52,887 nucleotides of DNA from an uncultured Bacteroidales bacterium (GTDB lineage Bacteria; Bacteroidota; Bacteroidia; Bacteroidales; UBA10428), in assembly GCA_964569585.1 (NCBI GenBank), contig CAZMVE010000007.1, positions 1 to 52,887 of the forward strand, read 5' to 3'. Every line of letters begins with the position of its first letter. Position 1 is the first letter of the stretch. The position numbers were made by a program, and so were the translations under genes. A model generated the notes under the pieces. That model saw nothing but the letters and a program-made list of their open reading frames with translations. It was not told the DNA's origin and did no database searches. Positions 7,647 through 16,247 of this stretch are shown in pieces.

Positions 7647-8535
7647 AATAGCCATAGCAAGCGGAAAAGGAGGTACAGGTAAAACAACATTTGCAGTAAA
7701 TCTATACTGGTTTTTAGCTAATAAATATAGTTCCAGTATTAAGCTGGTTGATTGTGATGTGGAAGAACCTAATGATATCATTTTTTTCCCGGAGGCTGAA
7801 ATTAAAGAAGAAAAAGTCGTATTTCAGGACATACCTGAAATAGTACTTAAGCAATGTACATTTTGCCGAAAGTGTGCTGAGTATTGTGAATTTAATGCTA
7901 TAGTTGTAATACCACCTGCCCGTTTTGCTGAAGTAAATAAAAGCTTATGTCATTCTTGTGGTGCCTGCCTGGAAGCTTGTAATGATAATGCCATAAAAGA
8001 AAAGAAAGAACCTATCGGATCCATTAACTATTATAGAATTAATAGGGGTAACGGTATAAAAGAGGGTATCTTAAAGATTGGTTCTGTTATGCAAACCATG
8101 ATGATCAGAGAACTGAAAAAATCCGTTTCATCCAATAATGAAATCATCATCTTCGACGCACCTCCCGGAACCAGTTGCCCGGTTGTTGAAACTGTTGCCG
8201 ATGCCGATTATGTTATTCTTGTTACAGAGCCTACGCCATTTGGATTGTATGACCTGCAACTTTCTGTCGATCTTTTGAACGATATGAAAAAACCTTTTGG
8301 AGTGATTATTAATAAGGCAGGTATGGGAGATGATCAGGTTTACAATTACCTGAAGGAAGAAGGTCTCACATTACTGGGTGAAATACCTTTTTCAAGGGAA
8401 TATGCGGTAAAATATGCTAAGGGTGAACTTTTAAACGATATTCCTGATATCATAGATGAGAACTTCCGAATCATAGCCGGCGAGTTGGAAAACAGATTGA
8501 TACAGTATGAAGGAAATAACTATTTTAAGTGGTAA
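7636..8535 (+). CDS. MinD/Mrp-type P-loop ATPase with 2x[4Fe-4S] ferredoxin insert
   Basis: Deviant Walker A SGKGGTGKTT, plus CTFCRKCAEYC and CHSCGACLEAC (two CxxCxxCxxxC motifs) and FDAPPGTSC. It overlaps the previous gene by 11 nt. Confidence 0.85.
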   Translation: MPFKIAIASGKGGTGKTTFAVNLYWFLANKYSSSIKLVDCDVEEPNDIIFFPEAEIKEEKVVFQDIPEIVLKQCTFCRKCAEYCEFNAIVVIPPARFAEVNKSLCHSCGACLEACNDNAIKEKKEPIGSINYYRINRGNGIKEGILKIGSVMQTMMIRELKKSVSSNNEIIIFDAPPGTSCPVVETVADADYVILVTEPTPFGLYDLQLSVDLLNDMKKPFGVIINKAGMGDDQVYNYLKEEGLTLLGEIPFSREYAVKYAKGELLNDIPDIIDENFRIIAGELENRLIQYEGNNYFKW

Positions 8536-9370
8536 GGGGGGAACAGGCAAAACCAGTATAACGGCTGCTCTGGCTTCAGTAGCCGAACATGCTGTTCTGT
8601 GCGATAGTGATGTCGATGCAGCAGATTTGCATCTTCTGCTTCATCCACAAAAAAAAGAAGAATATACATTTTCAGGTGGATGGATTGTTCAAATTGATCA
8701 GGCAAAGTGTTCCTTGTGCAAAACCTGTCTGGAATTATGCAGGTATGGGGCCATACATTATAGCCGCGATGGGCAATTAGAAATTAATCCTTTTCAGTGC
8801 GAAGGTTGCAGGTTGTGTGAAAAGAAATGCCCTGCTAATGCCATTACATCGATCCGGAATAACAACAATTACTGGTATGTTTCCGAAACACGTTTTGGAA
8901 TTATGGTTCATGCCAAAATGAGTCCTGGAGAAGAGAATTCGGGGAAGCTGGTCTCGCGGATACGTATCAGAGCGAGAGAAATTGCCACGGATGACAATTT
9001 ACAATATATCATAAATGATGGTCCTCCGGGAATAGGTTGTACTGCCATTTCATCGCTAACAGGTTCCCATGCAGTTTTAATGGTAACTGAGCCAACAAAG
9101 TCAGGATTGCACGATTTGAAAAGACTGGTGGAACTGATTGCAGGCTTTTCCATTCCAGCTTATGCAGTAATTAATAAATATGATATTGACCTGGAATTAT
9201 CGTCAGAGATTGAGTCTTATTTAAAGGATAATACCATTCCATTATTGGAGAAGATTCCCTTTACACCGGATGTAATTAAAGCCATGATAGAAGGAAAAAC
9301 AATAACGGAATACAAACCTGATTCAGAAATAACTAAATGCATTAAAAAAATTTGGGAAATGATAAAGTAA
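8507..9370 (+). CDS. MinD/Mrp-type P-loop ATPase with 2x[4Fe-4S] ferredoxin insert (paralog)
   Basis: SGKGGTGKTS, plus CSLCKTCLELC and CEGCRLCEKKC, and NDGPPGIGC. It overlaps the previous paralog by 29 nt. Confidence 0.85.
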   Translation: MKEITILSGKGGTGKTSITAALASVAEHAVLCDSDVDAADLHLLLHPQKKEEYTFSGGWIVQIDQAKCSLCKTCLELCRYGAIHYSRDGQLEINPFQCEGCRLCEKKCPANAITSIRNNNNYWYVSETRFGIMVHAKMSPGEENSGKLVSRIRIRAREIATDDNLQYIINDGPPGIGCTAISSLTGSHAVLMVTEPTKSGLHDLKRLVELIAGFSIPAYAVINKYDIDLELSSEIESYLKDNTIPLLEKIPFTPDVIKAMIEGKTITEYKPDSEITKCIKKIWEMIK

Positions 9371-9377
9371 TTGGAAA

Positions 9378-9971
9378 ATGGTTTTACCAATTATTGCATA
9401 TGGTTTTAGTGTGTTACGAAAGAAGTGTAATACTATTTCTTCCGAATTAGGCGGATTTGATCCATTGATTCAGGATCTGTGGGAAACGCTTGAAATATCG
9501 GGTGGAGTTGGTCTTGCTGCGCCTCAGGTGAATTCCAATTGGAAAGCATTTGTTGTGAATAGCAAATTAATGTATGAGGGTATGAATGAAAGAGATAAAA
9601 AATCCTATTTTCCGGATGATGAAGGCATTATCGAAACATTTTGTAATGCTAAAATTATCGCTGAGTCTGAAATTACGTGGAGTGAATTTGAAAGTTGCCT
9701 GAGTATACCGGGAATAACGGAACAGGTTGAGCGTCCCTGGAAAATTACTGTTGAATATCAGAACAGAGATTTAAAACAACATAAGCGGCAATTCTCAGGA
9801 TATACGGCAAGGATTATTCAGCATGAATATGACCATACCCTTGGCGTGCTATTTATCGATCATTTATCGGCATTAAAGAAGCGCATGTTAAAATCGAAGC
9901 TGGATAAAATAGTAAAAGGTAAAACCAAAACCGATTATAAAATTACCTACTGGAAAAAATCGATGCATTAA
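9378..9971 (+). CDS. def: Peptide deformylase
   Basis: Motif 1 is GVGLAAPQV. Motif 2 is ESCLSIPG, with Ser in place of the usual Gly of EGCLS. Motif 3 is QHEYDHTLG. Confidence 0.9.
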   Translation: MVLPIIAYGFSVLRKKCNTISSELGGFDPLIQDLWETLEISGGVGLAAPQVNSNWKAFVVNSKLMYEGMNERDKKSYFPDDEGIIETFCNAKIIAESEITWSEFESCLSIPGITEQVERPWKITVEYQNRDLKQHKRQFSGYTARIIQHEYDHTLGVLFIDHLSALKKRMLKSKLDKIVKGKTKTDYKITYWKKSMH

Positions 9972-9977
9972 TCGAAT

Positions 9978-10976
9978 ATGGTGTATCTATTGAATACTAA
10001 ATTTATGAGTGTGGAAAGAAATGTATTTGAACCTGTTCCTTCCCGAAGACTTGGGAAAAGCCTGGGAGTAAATAATATACCTCATAAGGTTTGTACCTAC
10101 TCATGTTTGTATTGTCAGGTAGGTAAAGCTGATAAAATGCAGCTAAACAGACAGGTGTTTTACACACCGGAAAAACTGATCAAAGAAGTTGAAAAAACTT
10201 TACGGGCTATTTCTGATTCAGACGAATATTCTAATTATATTGCTATTGTTCCTGATGGTGAACCAACATTGGATATCAATTTGGGAATTCTGATCGAAAA
10301 ACTGAAAGCTACTAATATTCCGGTAGCAGTTATTACGAATGCATCTTTGCTATATTTATCCGATGTGCAGAATGATTTATCCAGAGCTGACTATGTATCC
10401 TTAAAAGTCGATACGGTTAATTCTTCCTGCTGGAAGAAAATGCATCATCCTGTTAAATCACTTGAATTATCAACCGTCCTATTGAGAATTGAACAGTTCG
10501 CTAGAAATTTTACCGGAAAACTTGTGACTGAAACTATGGTGGTGAAAAATTATAACGATTCTGACATAGAGTTGAATAACCTGTCATCCTTTATTCATAG
10601 CATCGAACCATCAGTTGCCTACCTGGTAATTCCAACACGGCCTCCGGCATATGAAGGTGTTCTACAACCCGATACTAAAACCATAACAAAGGCATACCAT
10701 ATTTTTTCTGATTCAGATACTCAGGTTGAACTTTTAACCGGATATGAAGGAAATGCTTTTTCTTCGACTGGCAAACCGAAAGAAGATATTTTTTCAATAA
10801 CTGCGATTCACCCAATGCAGGAGAAAGCGTTGGAAGAATTATTACATAAAACAGATACGGAATTTGCTGTTGTGGATGCTATGTTAAACAAGGGATTATT
10901 AAATAAAATCAATTATCTCGGTAATATTTACTATACAAGCAATTTTGATCAAAAACGACCGGCTCATGAAAACTAA
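9978..10976 (+). CDS. Radical SAM enzyme, substrate unknown
   Basis: CTYSCLYCQVG (CxxxCxxC) lies near the N-terminus after LGKSLGVNNIP, and is followed by VPDGEPTL. No extra Cys-rich (SPASM-like) C-terminus is visible. Confidence 0.8.
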   Translation: MVYLLNTKFMSVERNVFEPVPSRRLGKSLGVNNIPHKVCTYSCLYCQVGKADKMQLNRQVFYTPEKLIKEVEKTLRAISDSDEYSNYIAIVPDGEPTLDINLGILIEKLKATNIPVAVITNASLLYLSDVQNDLSRADYVSLKVDTVNSSCWKKMHHPVKSLELSTVLLRIEQFARNFTGKLVTETMVVKNYNDSDIELNNLSSFIHSIEPSVAYLVIPTRPPAYEGVLQPDTKTITKAYHIFSDSDTQVELLTGYEGNAFSSTGKPKEDIFSITAIHPMQEKALEELLHKTDTEFAVVDAMLNKGLLNKINYLGNIYYTSNFDQKRPAHEN

Positions 10977-12081
10977 TTGTTTGCTGTATTTTTCTTTTCT
11001 TGGTGTTTTTGTAGCAATAAACTTTTTGAATTGTAGTAACGATGATGGAGAAGTTATATCGGATCCGCCGATGATCAGTTATACACAGCAAGATGTAAGT
11101 ACATATGGAGGGAATGATGGGTCAATTGATATAACTGTTACAGGGGGTTTCTCTCCCTATGTATATCAATGGTCGAATGGTGCCGAAACAGAGGATATTT
11201 TTAATTTAACAGCCGGAACTTATACAGTTACGGTTATCGATGCTGCTGACCAATTGGCTACTGATAGTATTACCATCACAGAACCTCATCCTGATTCTGT
11301 TATTCTTCAGTTTACCATTATACATCCCTTAGCTGCAGGGGCTCACAACGGAGCTATTGACTTAACTGTTACCGGTGGTGTTCTCCCCTATACCTATATC
11401 TGGTCTAACGGATCAAGGGAAGAAGATATCACTGATCTTACGGCCGGTAAATATTCAGTTACAGTTACCGATCAGCTAAGTACCAATAAAACAGATTCTG
11501 TTCTACTTATCGATGAAATGTTGGAGGATATTGATGGCAATTTATATCCTGTTATTAAAATAGGAGATCAATACTGGATGCAGGAAAATCTGCGGGTTAC
11601 CCAGTCACCGGAAGGCACATCAATAACGAGTTATGCTTATAACAATGATCTTGAAAATGTTTCTACATACGGCAGGTTGTACGACTGGAATGCTGTAATG
11701 AATGGCTCAATAACGGAAAAAGCACAAGGAATTTGTCCTTGTGGCTGGCATATTCCCTCCGATTCCGAGTGGAAAACTCTTGAAATAAATCTTGGGATGA
11801 CTCCAGCTGAAGCTGATATGGAAAATACATGGAGAGGAAGTCTTGTAGGTACAAAACTAAAAGCAGGAGGGGAGTCAGGATATGAAGCCTTACTTTCAGG
11901 TCGCCGATCCGATGGTGGGTTTTACAGTCTGCTGGAACAATTTGAATACATGTGGACATCTACGGAATATGGATTGTATGCCTGGCGACGTTGCCTTGAT
12001 ATCAGTTCTGATGAAATTGGGAGGTGGAATACATTTCCTAAAACTTATGCTTTTTCAGTACGATGCATTAAAGATGAATAA
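10966..12081 (+). CDS. Lipoprotein with two SprB-type repeats and a C-terminal FISUMP (Fibrobacter succinogenes major paralogous) domain
   Basis: Signal and lipobox FLNCSND. GGNDGSIDITVTGGFSPYVYQWSNG and GAHNGAIDLTVTGGVLPYTYIWSNG are SprB repeats. IGDQYWMQENLRV...CPCGWHIPSDSEW is the FISUMP hallmark. The ATG at 10966 overlaps the radical SAM stop by 11 nt. Confidence 0.75.
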   Translation: MKTNCLLYFSFLGVFVAINFLNCSNDDGEVISDPPMISYTQQDVSTYGGNDGSIDITVTGGFSPYVYQWSNGAETEDIFNLTAGTYTVTVIDAADQLATDSITITEPHPDSVILQFTIIHPLAAGAHNGAIDLTVTGGVLPYTYIWSNGSREEDITDLTAGKYSVTVTDQLSTNKTDSVLLIDEMLEDIDGNLYPVIKIGDQYWMQENLRVTQSPEGTSITSYAYNNDLENVSTYGRLYDWNAVMNGSITEKAQGICPCGWHIPSDSEWKTLEINLGMTPAEADMENTWRGSLVGTKLKAGGESGYEALLSGRRSDGGFYSLLEQFEYMWTSTEYGLYAWRRCLDISSDEIGRWNTFPKTYAFSVRCIKDE

Positions 12082-12101
12082 AAAGGTAAAAAACGGAAGC
12101 T

Positions 12102-12449
12102 ATGAAGCCCAAGCTATTTACAATTATATTGATAATGATTTTCATTGCTTGTGAAAACAACAAGGAAAATTCATCTGAGGGAAATCCTGATCAGCTACTT
12201 AATTTTGAATCCCTGGTAGCTGAAGATGATTCACTAAATGCTGGTGAATCGACCCTTGTAAGGGCAAATGCCACTGGTTATCAATTGAGCTATAACTGGT
12301 CGGCCAGTGCCGGAGATTTGCTGGGAACAGGCAACGAGGTTATTTATGCTGCTTCTCCCTGTCATGCAGGTAATAATGAAATTACATGTACAGTAAGGGA
12401 TGGTCACGATCAATCACAAACTAAATCCATTATAATTGTTATACTCTAG
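12102..12449 (+). CDS. Small lipoprotein, hypothetical
   Basis: MKPKLFTIILIMIFIAC has a lipobox, followed by an Ig-like Ser/Thr-rich domain. Confidence 0.5.
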   Translation: MKPKLFTIILIMIFIACENNKENSSEGNPDQLLNFESLVAEDDSLNAGESTLVRANATGYQLSYNWSASAGDLLGTGNEVIYAASPCHAGNNEITCTVRDGHDQSQTKSIIIVIL

Positions 12450-13383
12450 GATAATAGTATGGGTGGCAGTAATACAAATAGGCTGCCAATGCAGATTACC
12501 GGCTCAATGTCTTTCATCGGTAAGTCCTGTAGGAGGAACTAGCAATCTGATGGTGCAGGAAAAAAATACCCTGCATGTTATTGGTTTTTACAAATTTAAC
12601 TATGGAAATCAATATTTTGAAAGAGACCATCATGCTGATTTCGACCTGATAAAAGCAGCGAATTACAACTATGTTGGAAGTATATTAGGCTATGGGATTA
12701 CTGAAAAAGTGACTCTTGAATCGGAATTCGGTTATTTTATTAATAAGACCCAGGTATATAATATAGAACCTTTATATACTCTAAGAGGATATGGTTTTTC
12801 AAATGCTATTGTATCATTAAAATCCGGACTTTATAGTAATCATTTCAAACGTGTTTATTTCACAGCAAGTTTAGGTGCTAAAATTCCTTTTTCAACAAGA
12901 CCTAAAGTAATTGACGGAGTTGAGCTTCCTATCGAATTACAGCCTACCATAGGGGCTTACGGAATGGTTATTCAATCATTTTTTGTTAAAGAAAATTCCG
13001 GAAAAGGATTACGGTATTTTGTAACCAACCGGGTCGAAGTCAATTTTCCTAATAAACAAGATTATCATCAGGGAACAGCAGTATTTACCTCTTTTTTTAT
13101 ATCGAAACATATTATGTCGCCAAAGATAAAAGGTGACTGGACAGTCATACTACAAGTAAGAAACGAATTCAGAGCACGCGATAAAAGGGGATGTTGTTTT
13201 CGTGAATCAACGGGAGGTACCCTATTTTATATTTCACCACAAATCAACTATAGCATTAAAGAAAAATGGAATATATCGACTCTTTTTGAAATACCCTGCT
13301 ATCAGTATTTCAACGGGACTCAGCTGGGAACCCGTTTTGGAATTACATGTAGTGTGTCAAGAATGATTAATCTGGTTAAATGA
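12436..13383 (+). CDS. Hypothetical protein, possibly an outer-membrane beta-barrel
   Basis: Long ORF with alternating aromatic/polar beta-strand-like segments. TTG start with a weak signal-like N-terminus, so the start is uncertain. Confidence 0.4.
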   Translation: MLYSRIIVWVAVIQIGCQCRLPAQCLSSVSPVGGTSNLMVQEKNTLHVIGFYKFNYGNQYFERDHHADFDLIKAANYNYVGSILGYGITEKVTLESEFGYFINKTQVYNIEPLYTLRGYGFSNAIVSLKSGLYSNHFKRVYFTASLGAKIPFSTRPKVIDGVELPIELQPTIGAYGMVIQSFFVKENSGKGLRYFVTNRVEVNFPNKQDYHQGTAVFTSFFISKHIMSPKIKGDWTVILQVRNEFRARDKRGCCFRESTGGTLFYISPQINYSIKEKWNISTLFEIPCYQYFNGTQLGTRFGITCSVSRMINLVK

Positions 13384-13494
13384 TTAAAAAACAATTTGTA
13401 TTCTGCCTATGATAATCTGATAATCTAGTAATTTGAATTGTGCTATTTTTGTCAGCGAAGCTGTACTATATTTTCTTTATTTACCCGAAAATCC

Positions 13495-14391
13495 ATGCCG
13501 TCAACTGAGAACTTTCAACTACCCGATTACCAGTTAATTGATTGTGGAAATTTTGAGAAAATTGAACGTTTTGGACCCTATTACCTGATAAGGCCGGAGT
13601 CACAGGCTTTGTGGAACAAACGACTGGACGAAAAACAATGGAAAGAATTGGCTCATGCACATTTCCGGTGCGAACAGAAAAAGTCTTCGTATCGTTCAGC
13701 AGAACCTGGGAACGAAGGTTGGAGTTATACTAAAAAAATGCCGGACAGCTGGATTATTTCGTGTCCGTTGCCGCAGGGAAATTTTAAAATGAAATTATCC
13801 CTCTCCTCATTCGGGCATGTGGGTATTTTTCCTGAACAGGTTTCAAACTGGCTTTATATTTATGATTCAATAATAAAGAATAAGATAAAAAGTCCGCGCA
13901 TACTCAATGCCTTCGCCTATACGGGTGGAGCTTCATTAGCCGCAAGAATAGCAGGAGCCGAGGTTACTCACCTGGATGCTGTTAAACAATTGACTTCAAG
14001 AGGCAGGGAAAATATGCAACTCAATAAATTAGACGATATTCGCTGGATTGTTGACGATGCCTTGAAATTTCTAAAACGTGAAGTAAAACGAGGCAAGACT
14101 TATAATGGCATTATACTCGATCCTCCTGCTTATGGCAATGGTCCGAAAGGGGAGAGGTGGATACTGGATGAAGGAATAAACGAGCTTCTGACATTATGTT
14201 CAAAAATTATTGAACCTGTAGGTAGTTTCTTCGTTCTTAATCTTTACTCACAGGGGTATTCACCATTAATTGCCAGCAATCTGGTTGAATCGCACTTTAT
14301 GTTCAGGGATAAGGAGTTCGGAGAATTATATCTTTCGTCGGAATCGGATATCAATTTACCCCAGGGCGTATTTGTGCGCTTCAGAAATTGA
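13495..14391 (+). CDS. Class I SAM-dependent (rRNA-type) methyltransferase
   Basis: ILNAFAYTGGASLAAR (SAM motif I) and IILDPPAYG (motif IV). The ATG at 13495 is preferred over the TTG at 13438. Confidence 0.75.
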   Translation: MPSTENFQLPDYQLIDCGNFEKIERFGPYYLIRPESQALWNKRLDEKQWKELAHAHFRCEQKKSSYRSAEPGNEGWSYTKKMPDSWIISCPLPQGNFKMKLSLSSFGHVGIFPEQVSNWLYIYDSIIKNKIKSPRILNAFAYTGGASLAARIAGAEVTHLDAVKQLTSRGRENMQLNKLDDIRWIVDDALKFLKREVKRGKTYNGIILDPPAYGNGPKGERWILDEGINELLTLCSKIIEPVGSFFVLNLYSQGYSPLIASNLVESHFMFRDKEFGELYLSSESDINLPQGVFVRFRN

Positions 14392-14405
14392 AATACTGAT
14401 TAAAA

Positions 14406-15314
14406 ATGAAATACACCTTGAAACATACTTCTACTTTACTCGAAGCGGTAATGGAAATTTATAAGGGTATTTCAAAACAAAAGGCAAAGCAGCTTATAGG
14501 ATATTCGGAGTTTTTGCTAAGTGGCAAGAAAATTGACCGGCATCCAAAACAAATACTGGAAGCCGGTAATGAACTGGAAATAACTCATCTTGAAAAAAAC
14601 AAAGATCAAAACAGGATTCCTGACAAAAGAACACCGGTAGTTATCTGTTTCGAAGATCCCTATTTGGTTATTGCTTTAAAGCCTGCAGGCATATTATCTT
14701 GTGGTAACAGAGATCAGGCAATAAACAACTCATATCATAAGGTCCTGGAAAATTTTCTTTCCGACCGGGAAAATAAAAAGATCAGATTATGGGTAATTCA
14801 TCGTCTCGACAGGGAAGTTGAGGGACTCATTATGTTTGCCAAATCCGAAAGAATACAATATCAGATAAAGGCTATGTGGACGGAGGTTACTAAAAAATAC
14901 CTGGCTCTTACCGAAAAAAAACCTGAACCACCTGAGGGAATTATTGAGAACTGGCTGATTGATACTTCCATGCAAAAAGTTATCGCTTCCGACAGGGAGG
15001 TTGAAGAGAGCAAATTTGCCAGGACAGAATATTCCTATATCAGGGCGGAGAAGAATTATCATCTTTTAGAAGTTACACTTCATACGGGGAGGAAAAACCA
15101 GATACGTTTGCATCTGGCAGGTATCCATTGTCCTATTGTCGGCGACCGTAAATACGGTGCCGATGCTTCCATTGTGCGACAGATCCGTCTGGCAGCCTAT
15201 AGGCTCGAATTTAATCATCCGCTTACCCACAAAGTAGTGTCGGTGAAGTACAAACTCCCAAAAAGGTTCTATCGGCCTTCGCAGGATAGTGATGAAAAAT
15301 ATAAAATTCTCTAA
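14406..15314 (+). CDS. RluA-family pseudouridine synthase
   Basis: Catalytic HRLDREVEGL motif and KNQIRLHLA near the C-terminus. Confidence 0.85.
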   Translation: MKYTLKHTSTLLEAVMEIYKGISKQKAKQLIGYSEFLLSGKKIDRHPKQILEAGNELEITHLEKNKDQNRIPDKRTPVVICFEDPYLVIALKPAGILSCGNRDQAINNSYHKVLENFLSDRENKKIRLWVIHRLDREVEGLIMFAKSERIQYQIKAMWTEVTKKYLALTEKKPEPPEGIIENWLIDTSMQKVIASDREVEESKFARTEYSYIRAEKNYHLLEVTLHTGRKNQIRLHLAGIHCPIVGDRKYGADASIVRQIRLAAYRLEFNHPLTHKVVSVKYKLPKRFYRPSQDSDEKYKIL

Positions 15315-15331
15315 CCCATTTTTTTCGCTCT

Positions 15332-16144
15332 ATGATTAAAATAACCGATACTCTTTCCAGCAGGCAAAATCAGAAGGTAAAAGCCTTATTGCAGTTGCAG
15401 AAACATAGTGAAAGACTCAAACAGTATATTTTTATTATCGAGGGGATCAAAGAAATTGAGAAGGCTATTGGAGCCGGTTATCATTTTGAGGCGGTCTTCT
15501 TTACTCCGCGATTGATTGAAGAGGATAACATAGAAACTCTCTTTGGAAGTAGCTTACCAAAACAGATTTACCGCGTTAGTGAAGATGTTTACAGTAAAAT
15601 AGCCTACCGTGAAAATTCAGGTGGAGTTGTTGTTCTTGCAAAACCGAAATTACACGAATTGAATTTACTTACCTCCAATCTTTCCGGAAATCCTTTGTTG
15701 CTTGTTATTGACGGAGTTGAAAAACCGGGAAATATAGGGGCGATTTATCGGACCGCCGATGCAGCCGGGATCGATGGAATTATACTTTGTGATTCGAAAA
15801 CCGATCTGTACAATCCTAATGTTATCCGGGCTTCACTGGGTTGTGTATTTATAGTACCAACTGCGCTTTCTGACGGTTCCATGGCTATTGAATGGCTGAA
15901 GCATCAGAAAATAAGCATATTCTCAACTTGCCTTCAGGAAGCAGTTTCCTACCATACTGTCGATTTTACCAAACCTTCGGCTATTGTAATGGGGACAGAA
16001 GCTACGGGCATTTCCAGGGAATGGCTTAATACCTTAGGTACCCACATAATTATTCCTATGCGAGGGGCAGCAGATTCAATGAATGTATCTGCATCGGCAG
16101 CTGTAATCATTTTTGAAGCTTGCAGACAGAGAAAATTTTTATAG
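15332..16144 (+). CDS. TrmH/SpoU-family RNA 2'-O-methyltransferase
   Basis: GNIGAIYRTADAAG, GTEATGIS and SMNVSASAAVIIFE are SpoU motifs 1-3. Confidence 0.85.
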   Translation: MIKITDTLSSRQNQKVKALLQLQKHSERLKQYIFIIEGIKEIEKAIGAGYHFEAVFFTPRLIEEDNIETLFGSSLPKQIYRVSEDVYSKIAYRENSGGVVVLAKPKLHELNLLTSNLSGNPLLLVIDGVEKPGNIGAIYRTADAAGIDGIILCDSKTDLYNPNVIRASLGCVFIVPTALSDGSMAIEWLKHQKISIFSTCLQEAVSYHTVDFTKPSAIVMGTEATGISREWLNTLGTHIIIPMRGAADSMNVSASAAVIIFEACRQRKFL

Positions 16145-16186
16145 GATTTTTAATGAAGAATTAAAACGTTGAAAACTAAAATAAAA

Positions 16187-16205
16187 AACCCGCATACAGC
16201 GGGTT
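16187..16205. terminator. Bidirectional intrinsic terminator between convergent genes
   Basis: AACCCGC (16187-16193) pairs with GCGGGTT (16199-16205) across a 5-nt loop. An A-run lies upstream and T-rich sequence downstream. Confidence 0.6.
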
Positions 16206-16247
16206 CTTTAATTGAGTCCATGTCTTGTTGTAGCAATTGATGGAACT

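Noticed and set aside
8507-8535. The 29-nt overlap of the two MinD-ferredoxin genes as a possible frameshifted single gene
   Set aside because: Each ORF is a complete unit with its own Walker A at the extreme N-terminus and its own pair of ferredoxin motifs. The second has a clean ATG start. Two genes with translational coupling is the simpler reading.
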